Source: Thermomicrobiales bacterium (GTDB lineage Bacteria > Chloroflexota > Chloroflexia > Thermomicrobiales > UBA6265). From it: a stretch of DNA of 64,000 nt. The stretch is taken from assembly GCA_035944555.1 (NCBI GenBank), contig DASZAY010000028.1, forward strand, positions 2,158 through 66,157. The letters run 5' to 3'. The notes under the pieces are model-generated. The model ran no database searches. It was given only the letters and a program-made list of their open reading frames with translations, and had not been told where the DNA came from. This document shows positions 9,535 through 17,757 of this stretch, in pieces. Both the position numbers and the translations under genes were made by a program. Within the stretch, counting starts at the first letter, position 1. Every line of letters begins with the position of its first letter.

Positions 9535-9711
9535 TAAAGTGATCGATCACCGATTGGGATCCATGACTCGTCGCCTGCAGCCCCAGCCTCTCCCTCAGCC
9601 AATGTGCTTGCTACCGCTTCTGTTGGCGGAGGAGAACATCCCTCTTCTGACCTCGTAGTGCGGAGGTGTGCGTAGCCACCAGAATCAGCAGGCAGCCAGT
9701 GCCGGCGGCGG

Positions 9712-10980
9712 TCAGTCCCGCTCGACCTCGTCCGGCAGGTAGATAGACGGCGCATTGCCATCAATTGGGCCGTAGACGATCAGGCCATGGTAAGCGGCTT
9801 CGTCCAGCAACCCGCGCAGCGTCCCGTAACCGAAGTACGACGACTCCCGCAGGCTTGGTCCGGCCAGGTACGACAGCTCCTGGCCAAGCGTGGGGAAGTC
9901 GCGCCGCCGCCGGCTCATCCGGACATTGCCGATCGCTTGGGTGACCAGCTCGGCCAGCTCGGACGGGAACGTCCGGACCCGCGGGATCGTCGTCACGACC
10001 GTCTCGCCGTTGGTTGGTTCCGGCTCGACGGCAAACCCGTTGCCGTGGGATGGCCCGACCACGGGGTTGCCCGGCCGGATCATCGGCGCCGGGGTGGTCG
10101 GTGCCCCGGTCTGTCCCAAGCGTTCCAGTTGCTGTTCCATCCGGCTGATCCGACGCTCGACATCGGCGACCCAGTCGTCCAGCGCCGCGATCGAGGCGCC
10201 GAACGTCGCTGATACCGCGGCCAGCTCATCACCGAGGACGTGCAGCCCGTTCAGCCAGTCGACCGTCCCGGTGACGGCTGGCGCGGGATCGGCCGTCACG
10301 TCGTGGGCAAGGATCGTGGAAACGCTGGGCGCCGACGTCATTGGTCGGTCCGGGGGGCGCTCGGACGCGACCGGCTGGAGCCCGAGAACCTCCGCGAGCC
10401 GGTCGGCCTCAGCGGCCGTGATCCGCAGGCCCTCCCGGGGGGACCACGCTACCAGCTTGTCGCACCAGTCCCGGAGACTGAAATGGAAGGCGCCGAACCG
10501 GTTGACCGGGACCAGTGGCAGCCGGTGCTGGATGTCCGGGGGACTGACGACGAGCAGGTTCGGCCAGACCTTGACGTCCTGCTCCGAGGCGAACAGCGCG
10601 TCGGCCTCCATGAACCGGGGCTGGTTGGCGAACAGCCAGGCCCGGAACTGGTTGACGGTGTTGATCAGCTGGCGCCAGTAGTTCTCGTCCTGCGCATTGC
10701 CGGGCACGATGTCACGAACGATGCCGTTGCGCGTCTCGGTCCAGCGACCGTACTCACCACCGGCGAGCTGGGCCTCGGTGCGCTTGAGTTCGGTCAGGAT
10801 CACCGTTGAGTAGCGGTGCGCGGGACGGTCGTCGGGTACGATACGGATGACCAGCCAGTCGACGTTGCGGCGGTTGCAGTCGAATTCCCCATAGACCCGG
10901 AAATCATCCGGCAACTCCGACAGCATGCGGAGGACCTCGCGGTCGACCATGTGCTGGTTGCCGACGAAGAGATGCGCCAT
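9712..10980 (-). CDS. NERD-domain (PD-(D/E)xK-like nuclease-related) protein with central coiled coil and C-terminal OST-HTH/LOTUS-like domain
   Basis: The N-terminus EVLRMLSELPDDFRVYGEF...VDWLVIRI...TVILTELKRTEAQLAGGEYGRW fits the NERD pattern (DhlvI ... iEvK ... W). A heptad-like segment DWVADVERRISRMEQQLERLGQ follows. The C-terminus FPTLGQELSYLAGPSLRESSYFGYGTLRGLLDEAAYHGLIVYG resembles OST-HTH. The start is placed at ATG 10980 (GGAGG 9 nt upstream) rather than the track start at 11115. Confidence 0.65.
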   Translation of the reverse strand: MAHLFVGNQHMVDREVLRMLSELPDDFRVYGEFDCNRRNVDWLVIRIVPDDRPAHRYSTVILTELKRTEAQLAGGEYGRWTETRNGIVRDIVPGNAQDENYWRQLINTVNQFRAWLFANQPRFMEADALFASEQDVKVWPNLLVVSPPDIQHRLPLVPVNRFGAFHFSLRDWCDKLVAWSPREGLRITAAEADRLAEVLGLQPVASERPPDRPMTSAPSVSTILAHDVTADPAPAVTGTVDWLNGLHVLGDELAAVSATFGASIAALDDWVADVERRISRMEQQLERLGQTGAPTTPAPMIRPGNPVVGPSHGNGFAVEPEPTNGETVVTTIPRVRTFPSELAELVTQAIGNVRMSRRRRDFPTLGQELSYLAGPSLRESSYFGYGTLRGLLDEAAYHGLIVYGPIDGNAPSIYLPDEVERD

Positions 10981-11387
10981 ACGGTGATCCCTCCGGTCGT
11001 CCGGCGGGCGAACAGCGCCCACGCAAAACGCCAGATGCGCGTAGCGATCGAACCACAGCGGTCGATCGGAAATGGAGTAGCGCGACGTCCCGGAAAGGAC
11101 AGCCCAGGTCGTCACGAAACGGAGGGTCCAACCCGCCCATCTCTAGACGGGTCGGTCATCTCCTCCGCGGCGGTGCGGAACCGGCCCGCGGCTCCGCAGA
11201 CCAGAGAAGATCGGTGGCCGAAATCCGGCCAGCTTCGCTGCCAGGCAAGGTCAATGCTGGAGCGCCGCGAGTATAGCAAGCGACCCCACTGGTCCGGGGT
11301 ACCACCGGTACTCACAAGACGCTACCACCCGGAGAGGTGTTCCGCGCGGTGGCGTCATGGGCAGGACCGGTCAGGTGTCATTGGTTA

Positions 11388-12365
11388 TCAGCGCCCCGAC
11401 GACGCGGCGGCGGCCAGGATCGCCAGGACCCGGTCGTCCTGCTGTGTCCCGGCACCTGCGGGGAGCAACGGGCTGACCAGCAGCTCATCGACGCCGCGGT
11501 CCAGCCAGTGACGCAGCGTCTCGCCGATCTCGTCATCACTGCCACTGACGACGAGGTGGTCGAGCAGGTCGGTCGGCCATTCGGTGTCGCCCTCGGCCAG
11601 GGGCCAGCCGCTGTCGGCGAACATCGCCCGGTAGAACGGGAGCCGTGGATAGACGGCGAGCTGCTCGCGACCCAGCGCCCGGGCCTCCTCCCGCGACACA
11701 CCCGGCGCGATCGAGACATGGGCGATCAGCGGCGGGGCGGCGCGACCGGCCGCGGCGGCTCCGGCGAGCAGCACCGGCTTCATCTGATCGACGAGGTAAT
11801 CCAGCGGCGACACCCACGAGATCCCGCCGTCGCTCAGTTCGCCGGCCAGTCGCCAGGCGTTCTCGCGCAGTGCCGAAACCAGGACCGGCGTCCCGAGCGC
11901 GTTGGGTGCCGTCAGCTTCACATCGTAGAAGTCGCCAGCGAACTCGACCGCGCCGTCATGGAGCAATGGGCGGATTACCCGGAGGTACTCGCGCAGCCGG
12001 TCCAGTGGGCGGTCAATCGGGATCCCGAGCGTGCCCATGCTCGGGCCATGGCTGGTCCCGATCCCCAGCCGGAGCCGGCCGGGCGCCAGCTCCTCGATCG
12101 TCCGGGCCTGGGTTGCCAGCTTGACGGGATGCTGGATGAACGCGGGGACGATCGATGTACCGAGATGCAGTTGCTCCGTGGCGGTCGCGGTCGCACCGAA
12201 CAGCGTCAGGGAATCGAAGGCCGGACCACCGAGCGTCAGCCAGCCGGTGCCGATGCCGGCCGCATCAGCCTTCCGGGCAAAGGCCAGGGTCGAGGCGGAA
12301 TCGGCCCGGCGCAGGTGAACGCCGATCGGGGAGGACGGGGTCGTGGATGGGGCGGACAAGGGCAA
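11388..12365 (-). CDS. LLM-class (luciferase-like) F420-dependent oxidoreductase
   Basis: 325 aa. The TIM-barrel LLM pattern is present: ...GTSIVPAFIQHPVKLATQARTIEELAPGRLRLGIGTSH... The true start is probably the second TTG at 12359, 6 nt after GGAGG. Confidence 0.8.
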   Translation of the reverse strand: MPLSAPSTTPSSPIGVHLRRADSASTLAFARKADAAGIGTGWLTLGGPAFDSLTLFGATATATEQLHLGTSIVPAFIQHPVKLATQARTIEELAPGRLRLGIGTSHGPSMGTLGIPIDRPLDRLREYLRVIRPLLHDGAVEFAGDFYDVKLTAPNALGTPVLVSALRENAWRLAGELSDGGISWVSPLDYLVDQMKPVLLAGAAAAGRAAPPLIAHVSIAPGVSREEARALGREQLAVYPRLPFYRAMFADSGWPLAEGDTEWPTDLLDHLVVSGSDDEIGETLRHWLDRGVDELLVSPLLPAGAGTQQDDRVLAILAAAASSGR

Positions 12366-12446
12366 CCTCCGGAGGTAGACCAGACCCAGCGGGACCGGAC
12401 CATTACCGGTTCCCGATGGATACTCACTTTCCGGAGGGTAGCATGA

Positions 12447-12887
12447 TCAGCGCGACCAGGCGATGAGCTTGACCGGTGTGATGATGATCACCTGCGTATA
12501 GGTCGCGAGCATCGCTTCGAGCGTCTTGCCGATGATCGCGAGCCCGTTGGTGTACTTGGCCCGGTAGGCCTCGCCCATCTCCGGCATCCAGTCCATCGCC
12601 GGCCGGTCGGAGATCTCGGCGGTCCCCTCGACGATGACGATGTCCTCGCCTTCGTCGGCGGAATCCAAGTTGAGCGTGACGTTACCCGCGTGGCGCAGGT
12701 TGCGGATCTTCTGCGTGCGTTCCTCGCTGAAGATCAGGATCCGCCCGTCGTGCCAGAAGAACCAGACCGGCGCGGTGTGAGGCCGGCCATCGGGCCGGAC
12801 GCTGCCCAGCCAGCCGATCTCGTCGTCCTGCAGCCTGCGCAGGGCGTGCTGATGCTCCGGGTCGGCCTCATTGAACACCATCGTCAT
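12447..12887 (-). CDS. PPOX-class (pyridoxamine-5'-phosphate-oxidase-fold) probable F420-dependent enzyme, copy 1
   Basis: 146 aa. GWLGSVRPDGRPHTAPVWFFWHDGRILIFS is the split-barrel PPOX/FDOR signature. GGAGGGAG lies 7 nt upstream of the ATG. Confidence 0.75.
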   Translation of the reverse strand: MTMVFNEADPEHQHALRRLQDDEIGWLGSVRPDGRPHTAPVWFFWHDGRILIFSEERTQKIRNLRHAGNVTLNLDSADEGEDIVIVEGTAEISDRPAMDWMPEMGEAYRAKYTNGLAIIGKTLEAMLATYTQVIIITPVKLIAWSR

Positions 12888-12953
12888 CGCCGGCTCCCTC
12901 CAATGGATCGCCAGCCCGGGGCGGCGTCGAGCCGCCCTGGTCGGCCGCTGCCG

Positions 12954-13388
12954 CTACCAGGCTGACAGCTTCGTCGGCGTGAAGACGATGACGGCGGAGT
13001 ACTGGGCCGCCATCTGCTCGAGCGTCAGACCCAGTCCCCAGAGACCGCCTGCGTACTTGCGCTCGTAGGCCTCACCGACAGTAGCCAACCAGCCTGCCGT
13101 GTCCCTGTCGGAGATCGCCGCCGTTCCGTCCAGGATCACGACCTCGCCGCCGTCGGGCGTCGCATGGAGATTCATGACCGCGTTGGCATTGCCACGGACA
13201 TTGCGCGTCTTCACCGTTTCCGACTCGCTGAAGACCAGCAACTCACCGTCATGCCAGAGAAACCAGACGGGCACGCTGTGGGGACGCCCGCCGGAACGGA
13301 TGGTCGTCAGCCACGCGATCTGATCGCTCTCGAGCTTGCGGAGTGCCGTCTGGTGCGCCGGGTTCTGCTGGTCGAACGTGATCGCCAC
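12954..13388 (-). CDS. PPOX-class probable F420-dependent enzyme, copy 2 (tandem paralog)
   Basis: 144 aa. About half of its positions are identical to copy 1 by eye (AWLTTIRSGGRPHSVPVWFLWHDGELLVFS). The GTG start has GGGAG 7 nt upstream. Confidence 0.75.
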   Translation of the reverse strand: MAITFDQQNPAHQTALRKLESDQIAWLTTIRSGGRPHSVPVWFLWHDGELLVFSESETVKTRNVRGNANAVMNLHATPDGGEVVILDGTAAISDRDTAGWLATVGEAYERKYAGGLWGLGLTLEQMAAQYSAVIVFTPTKLSAW

Positions 13389-13458
13389 GGGATTCTCCCT
13401 TCGTGCTCCGACTGGTCCGGGTTCCGTCGAGTTTTGTCAGGATACCGGTGCGTTCGGG

Positions 13459-13824
13459 TCAGTTGACCGAGCGGACGAACCGCTCGATCGCCCCGTTCAG
13501 CTCTTCGAGCACGGCCTCCTGGTCGTCCGGGTCGGCTCCCACCACGCAGCCGCGGATGTGGTCCTCCAGGACCAGCAGGCCCGTCGCCCGCAGCGCCGAG
13601 ATAATCGACGACATCTGCGTCAGGACATCCACGCAGTACTGGTCGTTCTCAACCATCCGCTCCACGCCCCGGACCTGGCCCTCGATCCGCCGCAGCCGCG
13701 ACAGGATCTTCGCCTTGTCGTTGGCGTAGGAAGCGTGATGGGCATGTCCCGAGGCTGTTGTCTCAGGTCCAGTCCCCTCGCCGGTCGTTTCTATCGTCGC
13801 GTCCGTGATCGTCAACTCTTCCAA
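13459..13824 (-). CDS. csoR: CsoR-family Cu(I)-sensing transcriptional repressor
   Basis: The DUF156 core is LSRLRRIEGQVRGVERMVENDQYCVDVLTQ...LEDHIRGC. The x-C-H-C ligand pattern (C in YCVD, H and C in HIRGC) fits copper-sensing CsoR. The N-terminus is His-rich (GHAHHA). The start is ambiguous: TTG 13824 or TTG 13815. Confidence 0.85.
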   Translation of the reverse strand: MEELTITDATIETTGEGTGPETTASGHAHHASYANDKAKILSRLRRIEGQVRGVERMVENDQYCVDVLTQMSSIISALRATGLLVLEDHIRGCVVGADPDDQEAVLEELNGAIERFVRSVN

Positions 13825-13862
13825 GCTCCTGCCTACCGGGCCCGGCGAATGATGCTACCGGA

Positions 13863-13884
13863 TACCCCTTGGGGGTACTATAAT
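13863..13884. promoter_or_regulatory. Putative CsoR operator abutting a consensus -10 in the csoR/copZ divergent intergenic region
   Basis: TACCCC-TTG-GGGGTA (13863..13877) is a perfect 6-bp inverted repeat of the GC-rich type bound by CsoR. It is followed at once by TATAAT (13879..13884, plus strand, 81 nt upstream of the copZ ATG). TATAGT on the minus strand (revcomp of 13877..13882) overlaps it. Confidence 0.6.
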
Positions 13885-13965
13885 CCGTCCAGTACCGATT
13901 CGCAGGGGCAGGTTCATCGGTGCGATGGACCCGCGCCCCGCAACCATCATCCGGAGGGAGCATTC

Positions 13966-14199
13966 ATGTCCGCGACCATCGAACACATCCGTCTGTCAGT
14001 CCCTGATGTCTCCTGCAGCCACTGCGTCGCCGCCGTCGACGAGGCGCTGAGCGGGATGGCGGGCGTCAGCGCCGTGACCACCGACCTCGGCACCAAGCAG
14101 GTTTCCGTGGCCTACGACCCGGCCAGCGTCTCTGTCGACTCCCTGTCGGCGGCGCTCGACGAGGCCGGCTACCCGGTCGCCGGATCGGCCAGCAACTAG
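13966..14199 (+). CDS. copZ: Copper chaperone CopZ (heavy-metal-associated domain)
   Basis: 77 aa. The MxCxxC-type site is VSCSHCV within a ferredoxin-like HMA pattern. GGAGGGAG sits upstream of the ATG. Only the last 78 codons of track ORF 13336..14199 are used. Confidence 0.88.
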   Translation: MSATIEHIRLSVPDVSCSHCVAAVDEALSGMAGVSAVTTDLGTKQVSVAYDPASVSVDSLSAALDEAGYPVAGSASN

Positions 14200-14232
14200 G
14201 ATCGGCGCGCCGCAACCTGATCGCGTCCTGAC

Positions 14233-14261
14233 GAAGCCAGCCCGGTAACCGGGCTGGCTTC
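14233..14261 (+). terminator. Hairpin terminator after copZ
   Basis: GAAGCCAGCCCGG-TAA-CCGGGCTGGCTTC is a 13-bp perfect stem. It lies 34 nt after the copZ stop and is followed by GTCGTGTGCTG. Confidence 0.65.
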
Positions 14262-14264
14262 GTC

Positions 14265-15761
14265 GTGTGCTGCCCGGCATCGACGCGCGATGACGATGAC
14301 GTTCCCGTGACCGATCCGGGACACCTTTCCGGCACGCTGGGACCCGATACGATCACCGCGTTCGTGGTCCGGGAGGTCGCAGTGGGATTCATCGAATCCA
14401 TCGAGAAGACTCGGTTCGTCGGCAGCCATCGCGGTCGGGCGCTCGAGGTCACCGTCGACATCTTCGAGAGCCCCATGCGGGTCTGGTTGGCAATCGATGG
14501 CGTTCGCGGCGAACGCCAGGATGTCCCGGCGCAGTTCGATCTCGGCGATGGCGCCGTGCTCAGCGTCGAGGGCAAGGGCGTGTCGATCAGCGAGTGCGCG
14601 ATCGTTGAGGATGACGTCCGCACCGGTCTGGAGCTGGCTCCGGACAGCGGCATCCGGCGCTACGTCCGCTGGGCCGACACGAAGCCGCTCGCCGGGGTAG
14701 TCCGGAACGGCGTGTTCTTCGTCGCCATTCCCGTCCTCGTCCTGCTGGCGTTCTCGGGGCTGCTGCTTGCCCCATTCATGGCTGGCCCGCTCGACGCAAT
14801 CGGGCTGGGTCAGCCGGACGATCTGCCGTGGCCCAGCTGGTCCTGGCTCTACGGGGTGCTGGCGGCCGGCCTGCTGTTCGGACTGGGCGCCGAAGAGGAT
14901 GCCCGAAAGGCGTGGGGACGATACCTGGCCCCTACCCGCGATCGCATCGTCCCTTCTGCCCCAGCTGGCGGAGACAGCGCCGCGGGCAGTGACGCTGGGA
15001 GGCCGATCGCAGGGGAACTGAATGGCAAGCCCGAATGGGAAGTACGACTGGACCAGGTAGGCGGGAAGATCGATCGTGGCTGGGTTGCCATCACGACGAG
15101 CCGCTTCACCGGCCGCCACGCCGGCCGGAACCTAGAGGTGGTGTTCGACTTCTTCGATGAGCCGACTCACGCCCGCCTGTTGATCGACGGTAACGACCAG
15201 GGTAACAAGGGAGTTCCAGCCCGCTTCGACCTCGGCAATGGTGCAACGCTGGAAGCCGAGGCGACGCAGTGGGCCGTGGTCGAATGTGCCGTCGTGACCG
15301 CAGAGAGCCGCGTTCGTCTGCGGCCGGCCGAGGCTCAGGTGGAGCGATGGCACGACCGATTCTTCCGCCGCCATCCGCAACTGGAAGCGCTCGTCGGCGC
15401 GATCGGCGCGGTCGTGATCACGCTCGCCGGCATCCTCGGACTGATCGATCTCTACAACCTGGTGATGCGGATCGGCGGCCGGATTCTCGGCAGACTCGTC
15501 GACCGCACTCCGCTGCCGGACGAGATCCCGCTCGTCTCGACCGTCCTCGGCTGGCTCCCAGATGAGATCACCCTGCCGATCGCACTCACCTGGTGGCAGG
15601 CGCTCCTTGTCGCGGCCATACCGGCCCTGTTCGCCTTCGATCGCGACGTCCGGCGCTCCAACCGGCGCTTCGGGACGGGTCGCCACGAGTTGGGATCACT
15701 CGCCAGCGAACTGGACACGACGCAGAATCCTGCGTCTGGACGCGGTCCCGGCCCCGCCTGA
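14265..15761 (+). CDS. Hypothetical membrane protein built from two copies of a (beta-rich domain + TM segments) module
   Basis: 498-aa ORF. The segment FVGSHRGRALEVTVDIFESPMRVWLAIDGVRGERQDVPAQFDLGDGAVLSVEG...ECAIVEDDVRTGLELAP is repeated as FTGRHAGRNLEVVFDFFDEPTHARLLIDGNDQGNKGVPARFDLGNGATLEAEA...ECAVVTAESRVRLRPA. Each copy is followed by hydrophobic helices. The start is uncertain because the track start abuts the copZ terminator. Confidence 0.6.
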   Translation: MCCPASTRDDDDVPVTDPGHLSGTLGPDTITAFVVREVAVGFIESIEKTRFVGSHRGRALEVTVDIFESPMRVWLAIDGVRGERQDVPAQFDLGDGAVLSVEGKGVSISECAIVEDDVRTGLELAPDSGIRRYVRWADTKPLAGVVRNGVFFVAIPVLVLLAFSGLLLAPFMAGPLDAIGLGQPDDLPWPSWSWLYGVLAAGLLFGLGAEEDARKAWGRYLAPTRDRIVPSAPAGGDSAAGSDAGRPIAGELNGKPEWEVRLDQVGGKIDRGWVAITTSRFTGRHAGRNLEVVFDFFDEPTHARLLIDGNDQGNKGVPARFDLGNGATLEAEATQWAVVECAVVTAESRVRLRPAEAQVERWHDRFFRRHPQLEALVGAIGAVVITLAGILGLIDLYNLVMRIGGRILGRLVDRTPLPDEIPLVSTVLGWLPDEITLPIALTWWQALLVAAIPALFAFDRDVRRSNRRFGTGRHELGSLASELDTTQNPASGRGPGPA

Positions 15762-15782
15762 ACACCGGCTCACACCACGGAG

Positions 15783-16135
15783 TTATCCCCGGCCAACGCA
15801 GCGAGGATGTGGATAAGTCGCTCGTGGGGGTGGATAACCATGTGGATGTGTGGACAACTCTGCGGAAAACCCGGTGGATGAATGGGGATGACTGGTCGCT
15901 GGTTGGGGACGGAGCGTGGATGGAAACACGCGTGTTGTGGAGAGCGATGGGGCGTCCGTACGCGGGTGTGGGCTGGCTGTGGAACTGTGGACAGCCGTTC
16001 CCCACGGTGTCAGACGGTTAAAACCCGACCATCCGGGGCTTTTCCCCACTTATCCCCATATCCACCGTCCCTACTCCAACAACGTTCTTTTCTCTCTCCA
16101 TGATGATCCTTAACGTATGAGTCCATAACAGGTGA
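15783..16135. other. Putative chromosomal replication origin (oriC): DnaA-box cluster plus AT-rich unwinding-type patch
   Basis: This is a 484-nt non-coding gap between convergent genes. One perfect box TGTGGATAA lies at 15808..15816. One-mismatch boxes are GGTGGATAA 15829, TGTGGACAA 15849 and TTATCCCCA 16050. Two-mismatch boxes are at 15783, 15841, 15873, 15936, 15986 and 16058. Box orientation switches across the cluster. The locally AT-rich stretch 16070..16135 (aacaacgttcttttctctctccatgatgatccttaacgtatgagtccataaca) follows. rpmH-rnpA-yidC-jag-mnmE lie 1.4 kb to the right. Confidence 0.65.
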
Positions 16136-16245
16136 TGGTGGTCGGGGCGCTCGCTGGACAGGTCTGGTCATGCCGGGGGGACGTCGTCCTGCCGGCGCCG
16201 GGCGTGACGACGATCCTGCTGCATGGGCGACGGCAGCCCCGCCTG

Positions 16246-17319
16246 TCAGTAGAAGATCGTCGGGGTCCGGTGATAGGGCTCGGTGCCCGCGGGCAGATCC
16301 TGGCCGGCATCCCAGAGGCGCCAGTCCACCTCCACGGCGGTGCAGGGGCGACCGGTCGCCAGGATGGCCTGCCGGACCAGCTCGCAGCCCCAGACGGTCC
16401 CGGCCCGGATCTCGACCTCGGCCACCGACCCCGGCGGGATCTGCTGGTACCGCGCGATTGTCCCGGACAGCGTCTCGTCATAGCGGAGGATGCCCAGTCG
16501 CCGAAGCACCTGCGGCACCTTGTAGTCGGCGAAGGCGGTCAGTCCGTCCAGGTCGCGGAAGGCACCCGGACCGGTGTGGTTGTACGTCCCCGCCAGGTCG
16601 GCGACCAGGATCTGGGCTCGCTTGTGGAACGGGACCGTCCGGTTACCCCACGGCGCGACGTCGTCGAAGCTCGACAGCTCGGCCGTCAGCAGCCGGACCA
16701 GCGTCGTGGCCGTTCCGCCGGCCGCCGCAACCATCGCCGCGGCCGGATGGCGGTCTCCGGCCTGACCATCTTCCTGCCACCGGAGCCAGACCCGGCCCAG
16801 TTCGCGCAGGTTCTCCCCGCGCTCGGGCAGCAGCGGGATGGGCGCCGATGGCTCCTCGTCGTCCGGGCGGAGCAGGTGGGCCACCGCGCCGTCGGAAATC
16901 TCCGCCAGCCACGCCGGCTCGGTCAGTGGCGTGCCGTCCTCCATCGCCCGGCGCAGCGCCGCGACCAGGGCCCGGTAGCCATCATGGCTCCGGCCGGCGT
17001 AGCGAACGCGCCACCGTGGGAGGGGCTCCGGGCAGGGTGCCCAGAAGCAGAAGTTCAGCGTGTCCAGCACGAACACCCACGCGACGGTCGTATCGTCGTC
17101 GCCGCGCCAGTGCAGACCGTCGTCCCAGGCCGGCGGCGGAGCGTTGAGATTCATCGTGCTGACGGCGCGGGTGACGGCCCCCAGGTCGATCGTGACGTGT
17201 GTCGCGTCGGCGAGCGCATCGCGACTGCCGGCCAAGATCCCGAGTGGGTCATGCCCGACCGGGATATCCCACTGGCTCGGGAGGAAGGCGGACGGAGCGA
17301 TCGGCGGGAGATCGGTCAT
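16246..17319 (-). CDS. Queuosine salvage protein family (DUF2419/Qng1-like)
   Basis: 357 aa. LDTLNFCFW, HKRAQILVADL, FADYKVPQVLR and the C-terminal HRTPTIFY match my memory of the DUF2419 family. Confidence 0.72.
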   Translation of the reverse strand: MTDLPPIAPSAFLPSQWDIPVGHDPLGILAGSRDALADATHVTIDLGAVTRAVSTMNLNAPPPAWDDGLHWRGDDDTTVAWVFVLDTLNFCFWAPCPEPLPRWRVRYAGRSHDGYRALVAALRRAMEDGTPLTEPAWLAEISDGAVAHLLRPDDEEPSAPIPLLPERGENLRELGRVWLRWQEDGQAGDRHPAAAMVAAAGGTATTLVRLLTAELSSFDDVAPWGNRTVPFHKRAQILVADLAGTYNHTGPGAFRDLDGLTAFADYKVPQVLRRLGILRYDETLSGTIARYQQIPPGSVAEVEIRAGTVWGCELVRQAILATGRPCTAVEVDWRLWDAGQDLPAGTEPYHRTPTIFY

Positions 17320-17554
17320 CGGGTAGACTCCTTGCCGACCCGGAGGTGCGGCGGTCCCTGGCGGGATACGGTCTCCGGACGTCGGGTGATTGACGCGGGA
17401 TGCGGGAAACTGGTACCCTGCATGCTTGCCGCGGCCAACCGGCGGGAGCCGGTCTGTGCCCGATCGTACCGCAGGGTCGGCGGCCGGATGATGCCGGCGC
17501 CGGAAACCGCGGACGACCCGAAGAATTCCGTCAGCATCGAGCAGGAGCAGTCCC

Positions 17555-17719
17555 GTGAGCCGGACCTACCAGCCGAAGCGAATCCCCCGGCTGCGCCGGC
17601 ACGGATTCCTGAAGCGCATGTCGACCAAGGATGGCCGCGCCGTCCTTTCCGCCCGCCGCCGCAAGGGCCGTCACGATTTGACGGTTTCGGACGAGGGCAA
17701 GTTCACGCAGAACAAGTAG
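17555..17719 (+). CDS. rpmH: 50S ribosomal protein L34
   Basis: 54 aa, below the ORF-track cutoff. The GTG start has GGAG 7 nt upstream. The translation is [44 protein letters not shown]..., the canonical L34 sequence pattern. Confidence 0.9.
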   Translation: MSRTYQPKRIPRLRRHGFLKRMSTKDGRAVLSARRRKGRHDLTVSDEGKFTQNK

Positions 17720-17757
17720 CACCGGACGCCGATGGCGTGGTGTGAAGCGCTGAACGC

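Noticed and set aside
9539-9550. 12-bp perfect palindrome GTGATCGATCAC just after purD
   Set aside because: It is too short and isolated to interpret. It may simply be a small 3' hairpin.
13336-13965. N-terminal 210 codons of track ORF 13336..14199
   Set aside because: This stretch runs antisense through csoR and the PPOX gene start. Only the last 78 codons, which have their own GGAGGGAG SD and an HMA fold, are credible as copZ.
17388-17417. Possible rpmH promoter (TTGACG - 18 nt - TACCCT)
   Set aside because: The -10 matches the consensus at only 3 of 6 positions and the spacing is 18 nt. That is not strong enough to report as a feature.
16132-17745. 537-aa plus-strand ORF and other long ORFs overlapping it (for example 16170..17147)
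   Set aside because: It lies antisense to, or out of frame with, the well-supported queuosine-salvage gene (16246..17319, minus strand). Its composition is Arg/Gly/Pro-rich, as is typical of high-GC shadow frames, and it has no motifs.
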